From Seison nebaliae (lineage: Eukaryota), in contig JALJEE010001888.1 of assembly GCA_023231475.1 (NCBI GenBank), positions 1-47,731 of the forward strand: 47,731 bases of DNA, given 5' to 3'. Position numbers and translations under genes: made by a program. Of the stretch, positions 12,489 to 24,914 are shown one piece after another. The notes under the pieces were generated by a model. It was not told where the DNA came from. It saw only the letters and a program-made list of their open reading frames with translations, and did no database searches. Numbering within the stretch: the stretch's first letter is position 1; each line of letters starts with the position of its first letter.

Positions 12489-15064
12489 ACTTCACCAATT
12501 CTTCTCAAACTCTTTGTGAACCTTCAAATTTCGAGTTTATTATTCTTTATATTTGACAATTTTTACGAAGAATAAATTTAAAATTAAAATTGTATAAAAT
12601 TCCGATTTATTTATTCAGTCATGAAAATTCATTCACGAATAAATTACTTAATAAAAGACGATAATTATATTGTGCCAGAAAGGGAATCGTAAAATTAAAA
12701 AAAAACTTTGTTTTTAATTATTTCTTTTAATGAAAATCGCTTTAATTTGGAATGATATCATGAGGCATTAGAAAAAATTAAAAGTTTTGAAAGTGTTGTT
12801 TATGAATAAAGAAGTGAGAAAGAAGAAGAAAAAGAAGAAGACCGATTAAAGATGCATTGGGAGGAGACCACTAATCGGAATTGGAATTAGAAAACAATGA
12901 GAAGTAAATGAAAAATGAGAAAATAAAGAAAGATGACGAATCAGTACAATTTGTTCATTGAATAATGATGATGATGAAAATCGGAAAGAGGAACGGATAT
13001 GAACAATTTCCAACAACAATGAAGCACATCAATAACTAGTAGAAAGGAGGAATAATGTAGAAGAAGGTAACTTCCGATGAATCCAGATAAATTCAAATTT
13101 AATCAGGTTGACGTCAATATCGAGCTGCTTATCGTTTTCGCATTCCATCTACTCTTCACCTACTGTGTATCAATCTGCTGTAAATATGAATCTTCGGAAA
13201 AATGGAAAATTTCCATCTTTCCTCTCACAGCCCATATCATGACGACAAGTAATATTTATCATGCTTCATTCCAATCATATTTATCTTCTTTTCATATTCT
13301 CTTCTTTCTTCTCATCGAATTCGAGAACAACCAACGATGGATCATAGTCAGAGTTTTCAAGCTGATCGAGTTACACGAATTCGTGCCAGAATGATCGGTC
13401 TATTGTTTTAACTCGTTGATTTTTGATGAGCTGGTAGACGGGAACAAATGAGACAACGATATGTCGGTGCAATCATCGATAAAGAAAGAGAATTCTTTCA
13501 ACAATATTAACTTTCCTTTCGTCTTTTAACATCTCCCCCACACACATCTCTCCTCACGACTATCCTCAAATTGTTTCAGAATCTCATCGATCGTCAATTT
13601 CTTCGATTCATCATCGTCTTCCTCGTCGTCATAGTAGCTTGGAAGCTGCTGTTAAGTCAGGCCATTTGATGAATAGATACATCCGCTCGTCAACATCATC
13701 ATTTATCCAACATTTGGCGTTGATGTCTTCTGGGGAGGAGAAAGTGAAGGAAATTTTTTTTTCAAAAATTTATATTTTATTTCGATCGACAATAAAAAAA
13801 AGAATGGAGAGAAAGAAATTTTTGATTCTTCACAAGTAAATTGACATTAGTTCCCAATCGAAGTGAAAGTGGAATGATGGGAGGGAATTGATGATTTTGG
13901 TTTGTCGAACGTCATCGATAAATGACATCGAAACAATTTCCGGACATATCACTTAATAAAGTTATTAATAACTTCTGGAAAATGTGGAAAGGAGAAAATG
14001 GTGACTGATCATCAATAATATTGTTCCACTACTTAACGAATCGATTGAATTGTTTTACAGCCAAGTCTCTGTTTTTTACCAGTTTCAATGATGATTGGAA
14101 GAAATAATAATGGAAATTGTGGACAGGTTCGTCGTTGTCGTCTCATGTCGGAAAAGTAATGAGATGAATCGATTATTCGTCATCCACTTCCATTTGTCTG
14201 TTAACGTTCCTTCGAGTGTTGGGATGACAGTGTTGATGTTTACTGTTAATTAGAATAAATTATTATCTGAACACAACAATAATTTATTTGGAGTGGAAAG
14301 AAGTCAACTAATAATTAGATGTGAAGGTGTCTGATGAGGGTAGCTTTCAATCAGCCGTTGAAACGGCTGCAGATCGATGAGAAGGGAAAGTAATAAATTA
14401 TCGATCATACAATAAAGAGGAGGCGAAGTGATTTCGGATAAATAACAATGATGTGACAGTTGATGTAGGACATATGTAATAGAAAGTCACATCCTCATTT
14501 GATGGAAGACAGGTACTGATTACCAGAAAAAAAGAAGCATATTAATCATTTTCACCTTTCGCACATTCTCTTCATTCCCTCCCAACATATAATTGAGACA
14601 ATTGTGATAGGTGTTTTCAGCCAAATCACCATTCTTATTCTCTTCTAATATCTCTAGTAATGTCGATGATAAATTTCGGCTAGGTTCTGTCTTCACAACT
14701 TTTCTTAAATTTCTTCATCATTTCACTTTTTCTTACCAAATTTATCAATCATTCGACTTGACTGTTGAGAGGTGAAGAGAAATAGAAATGTATTAAATAT
14801 GTAAATAATCCACGAACCTTACATCACAGGAACAGATCGCTCCTTTTATCTACCAACAAACTTTTAAGCTCCTTCAATTTGTACACTCAACACTTTCTTC
14901 TTCCTACCAACAAAACGATCAGACTCTTAAATTAAGTCTCTTAATTCATATCATGTTTTTGTTTGAGTTGACATATCGAGAAGAAAGTGGTGGTCATTGG
15001 AAAAGGAATGATAAAGAATAAATATTAAACGGAGTGATGGGGACGATAATAATGTTGATGACTA

Positions 15065-15090
15065 TGATGATGATGATGATGATGATGATG
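15065..15090 (+). repeat. (TGA/GAT)n microsatellite
   Basis: tgatgatgatgatgatgatgatgatg read directly. Confidence 0.9.
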
Positions 15091-16427
15091 TAGGAGAAGT
15101 AGTAACTGTCCTTTTTAATTGTGCATGACATAAGAGACAGTTCCGAGTACCGTCATACATTTCATTCCAACGGTGAATTATTTGAAATGGACGATTTTGA
15201 ATTAATCTTTCAGTTGTTTATCTACATAAAATTTTATAGTTTTCCTGTTTCACCCAAATCATTGTACGTAGGTGTTGGTCAGGGGAGACGTGATGATAAA
15301 GAAATATGTCGAGTTGTATCCGTTCTATTCCTCATATATCAGTTCTCTTTCTTTTCTCTTAAATAATATTTCGAATTGAGGGAAAGTCTGAATAGATCAG
15401 TCGAATCGAGCATCAATAAACAGAATCAATTATCTCTGTTGATTATCTATTTACCTCAATTTCGATTGTTCACATCAGACTCGTATTAACGATAGATTAC
15501 CATTCTTTTATTAAGTAGGCGCATCTCAGTCTGGTGCGAAAAGATATACGATCCCATTCGAAGAAGACGCTAATCCGCCGACCAATCTTCCTATTATTTT
15601 GAGTTCTGATGTTCTTATCAAATTAATATGATTGGATATTCTTTCCATTTCATCTTTCCTTACTCGAAAAAATGGAAATTTTAAATATTTTACATTTTTT
15701 TATTTTCTTCTTTTTTCCTGATAAGTTTTTTAAATAAAGTTCATTTTTATCTCTCGTGCAAGAAGTGTTTAAAGGTCCCCTACTCACTCCAAGTCGTAAG
15801 GAGAAAGTTTTCTTTAATGACGTTCGACTATAAAGAAAGTTGTTCCATTAATTTTACTTATTTGTTGAGGACGGATAAATGTTTGATAAAATGTTTCTGT
15901 TCATCTGACATGATAGAAGAAGGGGAGGCAGCTGAATGAAAAGGAAAAGTGAAATATGAAGAAATAGAATTGAAAGGAAAATTCTTTCACTTGGAATAAG
16001 GAGATCAAATAAATATTTTCTTTCATTTACACCGACACATTCCGATTTGATAAGAAAAGTAGTGCATCAAATCTAGAGTGTCGCTTTATCAAAACTATAC
16101 AGAAAGGTTGTCCGTCTGGAAGGGTTGAAAGGGAAATCATTTACTATCATTCTCCTACATATGTTCAATGAGTGAAAGAGCGAGAAGATTAAGAAGTTGA
16201 AAGAGGAAAATTCTGATTAATCGGAAACGTTTAACGGGACGAAAGAACACAAGTGTTTTACTTATCAAATTATAAATTCATCATATAAACACGAGGTAGA
16301 ATTGATTGAATTAAAAAAATTTTTGATTTTTCTCAATTTAAATTCCTAATTCATTTAGTCATCATTCCCTCTCCCTCATCATCCTCCATATTCATATAGA
16401 GTTACAGATTGCCGTATTGAATCGCTT

Positions 16428-18458
16428 ATGATGAACGACTATTCAACGACGGACAAAGAGAATATTAATGGAACGAAATCATTAGACTCACCTCAACCTA
16501 CGCATCACAGTCACGAATGCCAAATTGACGAATCGAAATGGTTGAAAAGTGAATCAATCGAATCTATTGAATCCATAACGAGAGAGCGCATCGAAAATAG
16601 TCGACAACAATATTTGACCAGTAATAATAATACTCACAACATTCTCCACGAAAAGCAACAACAAGAGAATCAATATCAACCATCACAACAATATCAAATT
16701 AATCAATTTGACCCGACGAAAGATGAGTCGGAAATGGTTAATGTTAATGATGTTAATGAGAATGAAGGAATTAATTCCGACGATATCGTCTGTGAACACG
16801 AAGAGACGAAAGTGGATAAAATTAATGGGGGAAATGAACTGAAAAATTCAAATAGTTTCTCCATTCAAAATTTATTGAATGATTCAAAAAATCAGGAAAG
16901 TCTCGATCCACAAAATGAGACGATCCGTTGGATGACATCAAACGATTTATCTCGATTAGATGATTCTGGTTTATCGTCAGTGGAAGCGAGTTTACGAATC
17001 TCCTTACAGAAAAAAGAGCAGACGAATAAAGTGATTAATAAGAATGCGAGTGATAAAGGTAGTCCAGATTCAGCGATCTCTTCTACCTCCTCTCAGAAAG
17101 AAGATGGTAATCTATTGTCCAAACCATCTTCTCCAATTAGCATTGTTCGAAATAAACGGAAATGTAGCAAAGATCAAATTCAGCGAATGTTACCATCGAA
17201 ACAAGTCTGTTTACCCAAAGATCAAATCGCCAATTGTGACGATCAATCGATGAATATGGAAACGCCAACATCGAATAAGACGACGAACGATGAGAGTTTG
17301 AGAGGAAAAAATTTCGATAATTTACTTCAAATTGTTCAATCGCTTATCAATAATAATAATAAAAATAAAATATGTTCACAACAATTACAATCACAACAAG
17401 AAACGCCACTACCAAAAATGTTCCCAAAAATGATGATCGAAAATGTTGAAGGTAATGAAACGATAAATAAAACTCTGTTGTCACAACCAAATCAAAAAGA
17501 TTTAATTGGTAAAATCATTAAAGAATTCTCACGAAATCAAATTGGCAATGCAGAGAAATCGAAACTCGAATCGACACAATTAGCAGATCAACAACAACAA
17601 CAACAACAATTGAGACTGTTACAAAATTCGATTGTGAAAACATTAACGGAACGAAATAACTCTACTCAATCTCATAATATGATCAATAACAACAACAATA
17701 ATAATAATAATAATGGAACAACAAATGTATTATTGAAAATTATCGAAACATTCAAAGAGCGACAACATCAGAAAAATCAGAATATTCATCATTCAAATTG
17801 TCAAGCATATAATCAAATTCATAATAATATGACGCAACATCATTTCAATTATTCCTTCTTAAAATTTCCACCACAATTCCAACAGCAACAACAACAACAA
17901 CCAGTAATTAATCCAAAATCATTTTCGTCAATGGCTCATCTTCTCTCGAATGCGTTACAAGGAAAGAAAGTTGAAACATCTTCGTCGTCCTCCGTTTCTT
18001 CCAATGGAAATGAACAAATGAATTTGGAGAAGAATTCGAATGAGGATAATGACGAGAATCAGATAGAGAATGATAATATCAATTTCGATTCACAACATCC
18101 ATCCTCTTCAACTACTGCGAATCGAACAGGAGAATTATGTTCGTCCTCATCATCTCAAAGGAACTTCGAATGTCCTCATTGCAACAAGAAATTTCCTCGC
18201 TTAGCCAATTTGACTAGACATCTTCGTGTGCATACCGGTGAGCAACCATATGTCTGTCAACTTTGTGGCCGCGCCTTCTCAATCTCATCTAATCTACAAC
18301 GACACATTCGCAACATACATCAACGAGAGAAACCATTCGCTTGTGGATTCTGCGAACGACGTTTCGCTCAACACGGCAATTTAGCTCGTCATCATATGAG
18401 ACATTTGAAACGAGAACAGAAGTATATGGTGCAGAAGAACAACAATTTATCTGAATAG
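16428..18458 (+). CDS. MECOM/PRDM16 (EVI1, Hamlet, EGL-43) family C2H2 zinc-finger transcription factor, C-terminal 3-finger cluster only
   Basis: [65 protein letters not shown] matches the EVI1/PRDM16 distal zinc-finger signature ([24 protein letters not shown]). N/Q-rich N-terminus; probable 5'UTR intron 16296-16358. Confidence 0.88.
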   Translation: MMNDYSTTDKENINGTKSLDSPQPTHHSHECQIDESKWLKSESIESIESITRERIENSRQQYLTSNNNTHNILHEKQQQENQYQPSQQYQINQFDPTKDESEMVNVNDVNENEGINSDDIVCEHEETKVDKINGGNELKNSNSFSIQNLLNDSKNQESLDPQNETIRWMTSNDLSRLDDSGLSSVEASLRISLQKKEQTNKVINKNASDKGSPDSAISSTSSQKEDGNLLSKPSSPISIVRNKRKCSKDQIQRMLPSKQVCLPKDQIANCDDQSMNMETPTSNKTTNDESLRGKNFDNLLQIVQSLINNNNKNKICSQQLQSQQETPLPKMFPKMMIENVEGNETINKTLLSQPNQKDLIGKIIKEFSRNQIGNAEKSKLESTQLADQQQQQQQLRLLQNSIVKTLTERNNSTQSHNMINNNNNNNNNNGTTNVLLKIIETFKERQHQKNQNIHHSNCQAYNQIHNNMTQHHFNYSFLKFPPQFQQQQQQQPVINPKSFSSMAHLLSNALQGKKVETSSSSSVSSNGNEQMNLEKNSNEDNDENQIENDNINFDSQHPSSSTTANRTGELCSSSSSQRNFECPHCNKKFPRLANLTRHLRVHTGEQPYVCQLCGRAFSISSNLQRHIRNIHQREKPFACGFCERRFAQHGNLARHHMRHLKREQKYMVQKNNNLSE

Positions 18459-19292
18459 ATTAACATTATCTCATCTTATGAACTAAATGAATAATTTCAC
18501 AATTTTCCTCTCAACTTTCTCTCTTTCTCTCTTCATCCTTTTCTTTTTCCATTTCACTTCCGTTTTTCCCAGTTTAAATTTCTGCAATCAACAAACTTCT
18601 CTGACGATGAACCAGATGATATCATTAGTCTATCGATTATATAGTTCTTCTAAAAGATCACATAACAATCGAAGTTTCACTCAGAATTGTCTGATAGTAA
18701 ACTCAAAAATTCTCTCTTATTCTTTTCATTTCCATCAAATCGATATTGATTATTTGATTTGGTAGATATTTCTTTCATTTCTTTTATTATCAATCAATCA
18801 ATTATCTTTCAATGAATTAAATAAACATATTTTCTTAATTTTCATTAAATTTTTCAGTTTAGGAAATTTATTCGGCTATTTTTAGAGAAAATGAAAAAAC
18901 GGAATTTTTTTTTCACTTTTCTTTTATTTTAAACACATGAATGATAATAACTGAATAGTGGACCTTTTTCGCTTCTTTTTTGTTTTCCAAAAGTGATAAT
19001 TGAAAAAAATGTTGTTGATCTAAAAGAATGTTGTTGATCGAAAAAGTATGAGATGAAAACTCATCAATTGATCAATTGGTCAATCAATAAAAATCGGCAA
19101 TTAACGCAATTCACTGTTGCATTTAAAAGGTATAGTTCAAAATTCTCAATCAATTTATACTTTTTAAAGTAGAAAGTTTCTACTGAATAGTTAAATTTCG
19201 GGAATATTTTTCAATTAAAGATCAGAAGATGATAACCATATATAAAAAAGAAGATTTGATGATAATGCGTTATCACTATATTTTCTACTAAT

Positions 19293-19716
19293 ATGTCAAT
19301 TGTATCGTTTGTAGGTCTAGAGGAAACGACATCTTAGTCTTGGATGAAAGGTATTATTTTTATAAGAGGAAGATATACCATTCGGGAAGCACAGCGTGGA
19401 TTTGCAGTCGAAGGAAAACTGAAAAATGCAAAGTGCAATATGCTTAACGGAAGAAAAAAAAAACAAGACGATAAATCATGAACATTCTCATGGGCCTAGT
19501 GAATTGGAAGTCAAAAAATTGAAGGCGAAGAATCAACTATCTAAAGCATGTCAGACAATAGGGGAAACTCCTTCATCAATTTTCGCAAGAACTTTAGGGA
19601 AGGAAGACGAAGAAGTTCAGAAAACATTTGGAAGAATTTCGTTTGTTAAAAGAAACATTAGAAGGAAACAAAGCAAATGGAGATCGGTCGGCAAAGAAAT
19701 ATGTAAATCTAATTAA
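19293..19716 (+). mobile_element. Decayed FLYWCH-type zinc-finger N-terminus of a Mutator-like (MULE) transposase, 2 frameshifts, truncated
   Basis: MSIVSFV / RSRGNDILVLDERYYFYKRKIYHSGSTAWICSRRKTEKCK / SAICLTEE..HEHSHGP..ETPSSIF reads as a FLYWCH W-x-C..C..H-x-H motif only across frameshifts near 19310 and 19430. No DDE domain follows. Confidence 0.65.
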
Positions 19717-19996
19717 AACTTTTTTTAATTTTCAATTTAATTTAAAATTTTTCTAACATTTTTTCTTGAAATAAATTCGATAAATCTAATCATTTTTTTT
19801 TAAATACAATTAATTATTGTGTTTGATTGTCAATTATCGATAAAAATGAGTTTGAAATAGAAATTTATTTTAAGAATTATATTTCATATATATAGATTCT
19901 ATATATAGAGAAAACGATAAATAATGATGACATTGAATATATGCAAATAAACGAGAAAATAATGAAAGGAGCAGCAGAGTATTCTTTTCTTTCAAA

Positions 19997-20808
19997 TTAA
20001 GTGAAATAATAATAGAAGAACAGAACAACAACAACAACAAATATCATTCCCCCAAATAAAATGATTCGATCGCCACTATTTCGACGTTCGATCATTGATA
20101 AGATTGATTGACTCAATCCAATCACTTTCCCCACATCCCACATCTTCCTCCTGACATTCTTCAGAACATCATGTTGATTCCTTAAATTGTGAATGACTTC
20201 TTGACCATGATCAATGAGATTATCTAATTCTTAAAAATTTTTTTTTTGAAATTTTCAAAATTTTTAAATTTTTTAGTAACGTGTATTGGCACCAGCTAAA
20301 CGATCACGATGAACTAGATCATCACCTAACGGAATAGCGATATCGTTGGATGGTTCAAATTGAGTTTGAAGTAATTCGTTCCTTCGTCTAGCTTCCGATC
20401 TCGCCTCTTTTCTTTTCCCCGCAAAATATGAGATATGAGAAAAAGAAAAAAACGAACAAACAATTTACTTTTCATTACTTCCATAGACGTCATATAATGT
20501 CGATGATCGTATTTCAATTGATCGAGTAGCATTTTGAACATTCCTCTTTCCGCCACATTTGACACATTCATTAATTGAGATTGTAATCTCTGTAGATGAT
20601 CAGTGGCGAAATTTCGATTCATTTGTTCGAATTCGATATTTATTCGTTTTAATTCATTCTCCAATTGATGGATTTGATTAGGATTAGCGAGATCACCATC
20701 ATTGTGATAGATGCGAACTAATTCGTCATTTTTCTCTTGATGCCATTCAAGTATTCGTGTAAATTGTGTTTCGAGGAGTTTACTCGCCTGTTTTATCGAA
20801 CGATCCAT
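19997..20808 (-). CDS. GOSR2: Golgi SNAP receptor complex member 2 (membrin/GS27), 3 exons
   Basis: DQLKYD motif, RRRNELLQTQF, SNARE region LDNLIDHGQEVIHNLRNQHDVLKNVRRKMWDVGKVIGLSQSILSMIERR and C-terminal TM anchor DRIILFGGMIFVVVVVLFFYYYFT. Confidence 0.92.
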
Positions 20809-20971
20809 TCAACAAGAAAAATAATGGAGAGAGGAAATTGGAATGAAAGAGAAACAGATGAATTCTAATTTGAAAAAGAAGAAAAATAAAATTGAATTAA
20901 TAATTAAAATCTAAATAATAATTCTTTATCATTTGAAATCGAAGAATGAAATAGAAAGAAATTTTAATCGA

Positions 20972-23900
20972 TTATCGATCATATTTCTCATTAAGTAAAT
21001 AAAAAAGAAGATAAGCAGAAGATGAAATAATTTCTGATGGTTTCTTTATATTCACACGACTATCATCATATTCATACCAATGATCGTCGATGAAAGATTT
21101 GATGACACAAGTGTAATGGCCACTTTCCAACGTACCCGAATGATTAACGATTCCATAAAGATTGAAACATTTATTCTTCTTCTCCGACGGATCGTTCAAC
21201 AAAATCTTGAACGGAATCTCAACAAATTTTTGATTTTTTTCATAAGAAATATTCGTATAATCAAATCTGTTTAAAATAAAAATTTGAATTCTTTAAAAAT
21301 TAATTATCAGGAAATAAACCGTTTCAATACAATTATCAATATTGGTGGTAATCGCCATAATCTGATGTTTTTGATAACGGAACGTAATTCTTTACAATTC
21401 GGACAATTCCAACAATTATCCAATAATTCTTCTTGTTCGAATTTCTTCAAAAATTGACCAATACTACCACCATCACTTTCGATTGGTAACGACAATGTCA
21501 AAAACGGTTCAAATCGAAAACTTTCTTTTTTACATTTCTCACAAGTAATTGACGATCGCATTTGACCCTGATAAATTTATAGTTTTAAAAAAATTTTTAA
21601 ATTCGAAAATTTATTTTTAAAATAGAAATTTACTAACATGAAAATAATCGATAATAAACGAGGTATTTCTCTTATAATAATCGTTCCATTCTAATTCACT
21701 CATCAATTCTGGTGACATTCTCTTGGGATCATCTTCGATTTTCGGTTTGTTAAAATTTCCATGAGACTATAATAAAGCGAATGAAGAAAATGAGAATAAA
21801 ATAGATTAAAATAATAAATTGATAATTATTAATAATTATAATTAAATAAATTCATAAATATTTCAACGAACTTTATTGAGATCTTCGTGTAATTGATCAA
21901 GGAGAAATATGAGGAATTCTTGAGCGTCTTGTTGTTGAGAAGTGGCGAATTGTCGAGAATGTTTCCGAATAATTTGTCGAAATTCACTCACATCAGCTAA
22001 AAGTAAATAACAATTTCTTGATTGATTCGATCTCTTCGAACTGAGAATAATTTCTTTTTTTCTTATTTGACATTTAGAAATATCATTGCGAATTCTTGAT
22101 AATAAATATCGGCCGATATTGACGAAGGAATTTGTGATTTCACCTGAAGAACTCAATGGATTATTTTTGTTTGCACTTTTCAAATCATTCATTATTCTTC
22201 CATTACATATCTTATAAGAAATGGGTGGTGAATGAACTAAACATTGTAATACTGAATTGATATAACAAGTATTACCAACGTTCTCAAGACCAAGAGTAGA
22301 GCCTGGTCCACCAGAACCTTCACTACTTCCCACACAACTTCTCGACATCTGTTGATGGAATGACGCCGTTGCTGTCTGATTGAGAAGTGAAAGATATTTA
22401 GAGAATTTTTCTAATTCTTCTTTAATATTTGTTCTTGTCAATTTCTTCGAAGAATTCCGAATATTGACAATCGGTCGATTAATTTTTGATAAAATTTTAG
22501 ATGAATTCGAAATATTTTTCTCTTCTTTCTCACTTTTATCGATCACTTCACCGATGATATTCTCTAACGACTTCATAAACTTTTCATCACTTTTCGTCAT
22601 TTTATGATTCAATGGTAACTCGGTCTCTTTACATTCATCCAATTTCGATGGTTTCGGTTTCGAACTTCTATCAGGAATCATCTTTTTAATTTCTTCAATT
22701 TTTTTCTTCGATTCTTCATCAAATTTTTTTTTTGATTCTTCAAATTTTTCAATTTTTTTCTTCGATTCCTCTTCAAATTTTTCCTCAAATTTTTCAATTT
22801 TTTTCTTCGATTCTTCAATTTCATTTTTCTTTTTCGGTTTCGTTTCTCTGTCAGGAATACGTTTCGGTTTGTTAGTTCGATCTGGTATTGATGGTTTTGG
22901 AACCGGTTGTTCAAGATTCTCAACATCATTTTTTTCTTCTTCGTAAAATTCGTTTTCGTTAATTTCTTTTGTTTTCTCCATTTCTTCAATAATTTCTTTC
23001 GTATCATCTGAAATGATTTCATCTTCTATAGGAAGTTCATTGATAAATTGTTTTTTCTGACTCGTCACACGATGTGCCTCCACCATGTTATTGGTATATT
23101 GAGGATAGAAATAGGACCATTCGACAAAACCGTTTTCTAAACGATAAATTCTCTTTCGCGATTGTTGTTGAGTGAAAACATCGTAATCGGTCAATGCTAA
23201 TTCAAGTTTCTTATAAGTTTCCGTCTCTTCAGAAGTGGAATCGACAATAAAAATATAATCACAATCCTTCCGTCCTCGAAGTAGAACAGCGGCTGATTCA
23301 TCCAATCTTTTCTCAATTTCCCACATTGTTCGCACATCACCATCTTTCAACAATTCGAACGGAATATTTACCATTCTCATAATTTCTTTATTATTCTGAT
23401 TGAAATTGACAAGATAATCATTTGACAAATCGATATGACATAAATTATATTGATAAGATGATCGAATATCAATGACAAGATTATGATATAATCTCTTTTT
23501 CAAATGTTCGAACATTTTCGACGAATTTATTAAATTTATCGTTTCATTTCCAATTTCAGGATCTGATGGAATGAATTCTTCTTTTTCATTCACAATCTCT
23601 TTATTTTCCACATTCAATTTCTCTTCTTCTTTCTCTTCATTTTTAAAATATTCTTTCAACCATTTTAAACGATCAAACGCTGATGTTATCTCATCTTTCG
23701 ATGCAATATTATCGACGAATGATCGATTTTGTATTTTCACACACATCTTTGTCACTTCACTATGGAAATGGAAGAATCGATAATAGAAATAAAATGATCT
23801 TTCATAATCTTCTTCCTCATCTTTCTCCAATCCATATTTCAATAACGTTCGACAACCACGACTGATTTGTGATAAACTTGAAAAAAATTATTTATTTTGT

Positions 23901-24016
23901 TTAAAAATTAAAAGAAGAATTTGAAATGAATTTCAAAACTTTTTAGCTGTCACTTCCTCCAAGTTCTTCTTTGCTTCATCTTGAAGTCTTTTCAATTTAT
24001 TCTTCTCCTCTCTCAT
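20972..24016 (-). CDS. USP8: Ubiquitin-specific protease 8 (UBPY), 5 exons
   Basis: N-terminal USP8 dimer/MIT-like region (DYERSFYFYYRF), rhodanese-like domain (LVIDIRS..Y..CHI; LENGFVEW..YP), DRxxKP motifs, Cys box GLENVGNTCYINSVLQCL, QQDAQEFL..LHEDLN and His box NHSGTLESGHYT. Four GTT..AG introns restore frame. Confidence 0.92.
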
Positions 24017-24305
24017 TCTCTTCACGTCGATTAATTAATAATTAAGATTGTGATGAGAAATGATTATTTCATATTATTCTCCTCGTTCTTATTAAATTAC
24101 TCATTCTCTTTTGTGAGAAGGCTTCAAATTTCTATTGAATGATATTCTGATATTTTTTCTCTAATTCTCTTCTTCTCCAATTTCCCAATCATATGACATA
24201 CATTATCAAAGGACATCTTTATCACCGTCCACAATCCAAATAACATCAACACCAACTAAATAACATCGAGATATTTTTTCTTTCTAGTCATTCTCATTTA
24301 GTTCA

Positions 24306-24883
24306 ATGATGAATTCCGTTTTATATTCCCTCATCTTTCTTTTTTCCGTCTCATTAATTCAATGTACTCCCGTCACCAATTGTGGTGGTTCAGCCGAAGT
24401 ACATTCGGTACAAATTAATGAATGTGAAACGACACCATGTCCATTAATTAAGAATACTTTGACTAATATTACTGTCCACTTTCAAACAAGTTAATTCTCA
24501 TTATTAATTTTGATAAGTGATAAATGTCTGATAATTTAATGATAATATTCATGTTTTCTAGCAAAACCATCAACCACGGCTACGACGAGTGTTCATGGCA
24601 TAATTGCAAAGATTCCAATTCCCTTTCCAGTGAAAGAACCAAATGCTTGCCAAGATCCCGCATCTGGTATCAAATGTCCAGTAGCTACTGATACAGAAGT
24701 GGAATATGATCAACAAATTCAAATTCTTTCGGCTTATCCCGACGTTAATATTATCATTATTATTATCAAGTAAACTTTATCATTTCCTTCCAATAGATTT
24801 CGTTGAAAGTAAGATGGGAATTGAAAGGAGATGACGATGACATATTTTGTTTCGAAGTCGACGCCACAATTAAAGACAATTAA
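24306..24883 (+). CDS. NPC2: NPC2/ML-domain lipid-binding protein, 3 exons
   Basis: Signal peptide and six-Cys ML pattern: NCG..C..PCPL..VHGIIAKIPIPFP..NAC..GIKCP..YPD|ISLKVRWEL..IFCFE. Introns 24490-24561 and 24744-24796. Confidence 0.92.
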
Positions 24884-24914
24884 AAGAATTCGATTTTTTT
24901 TTTAAATTTATTTT

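Noticed and set aside
13077..15366. Short ORFs 13077, 13639 and 15121 as genes or upstream exons of the zinc-finger gene
   Set aside because: No recognisable domains, F/I/L-rich composition typical of non-coding AT-rich DNA, and no frame-consistent splice chain.
22678..23022. 114-aa Lys/Arg-rich alternative-frame ORF in USP8, and the many antisense ORFs in the track
   Set aside because: These are shadows of low-complexity or repetitive coding sequence in real genes.
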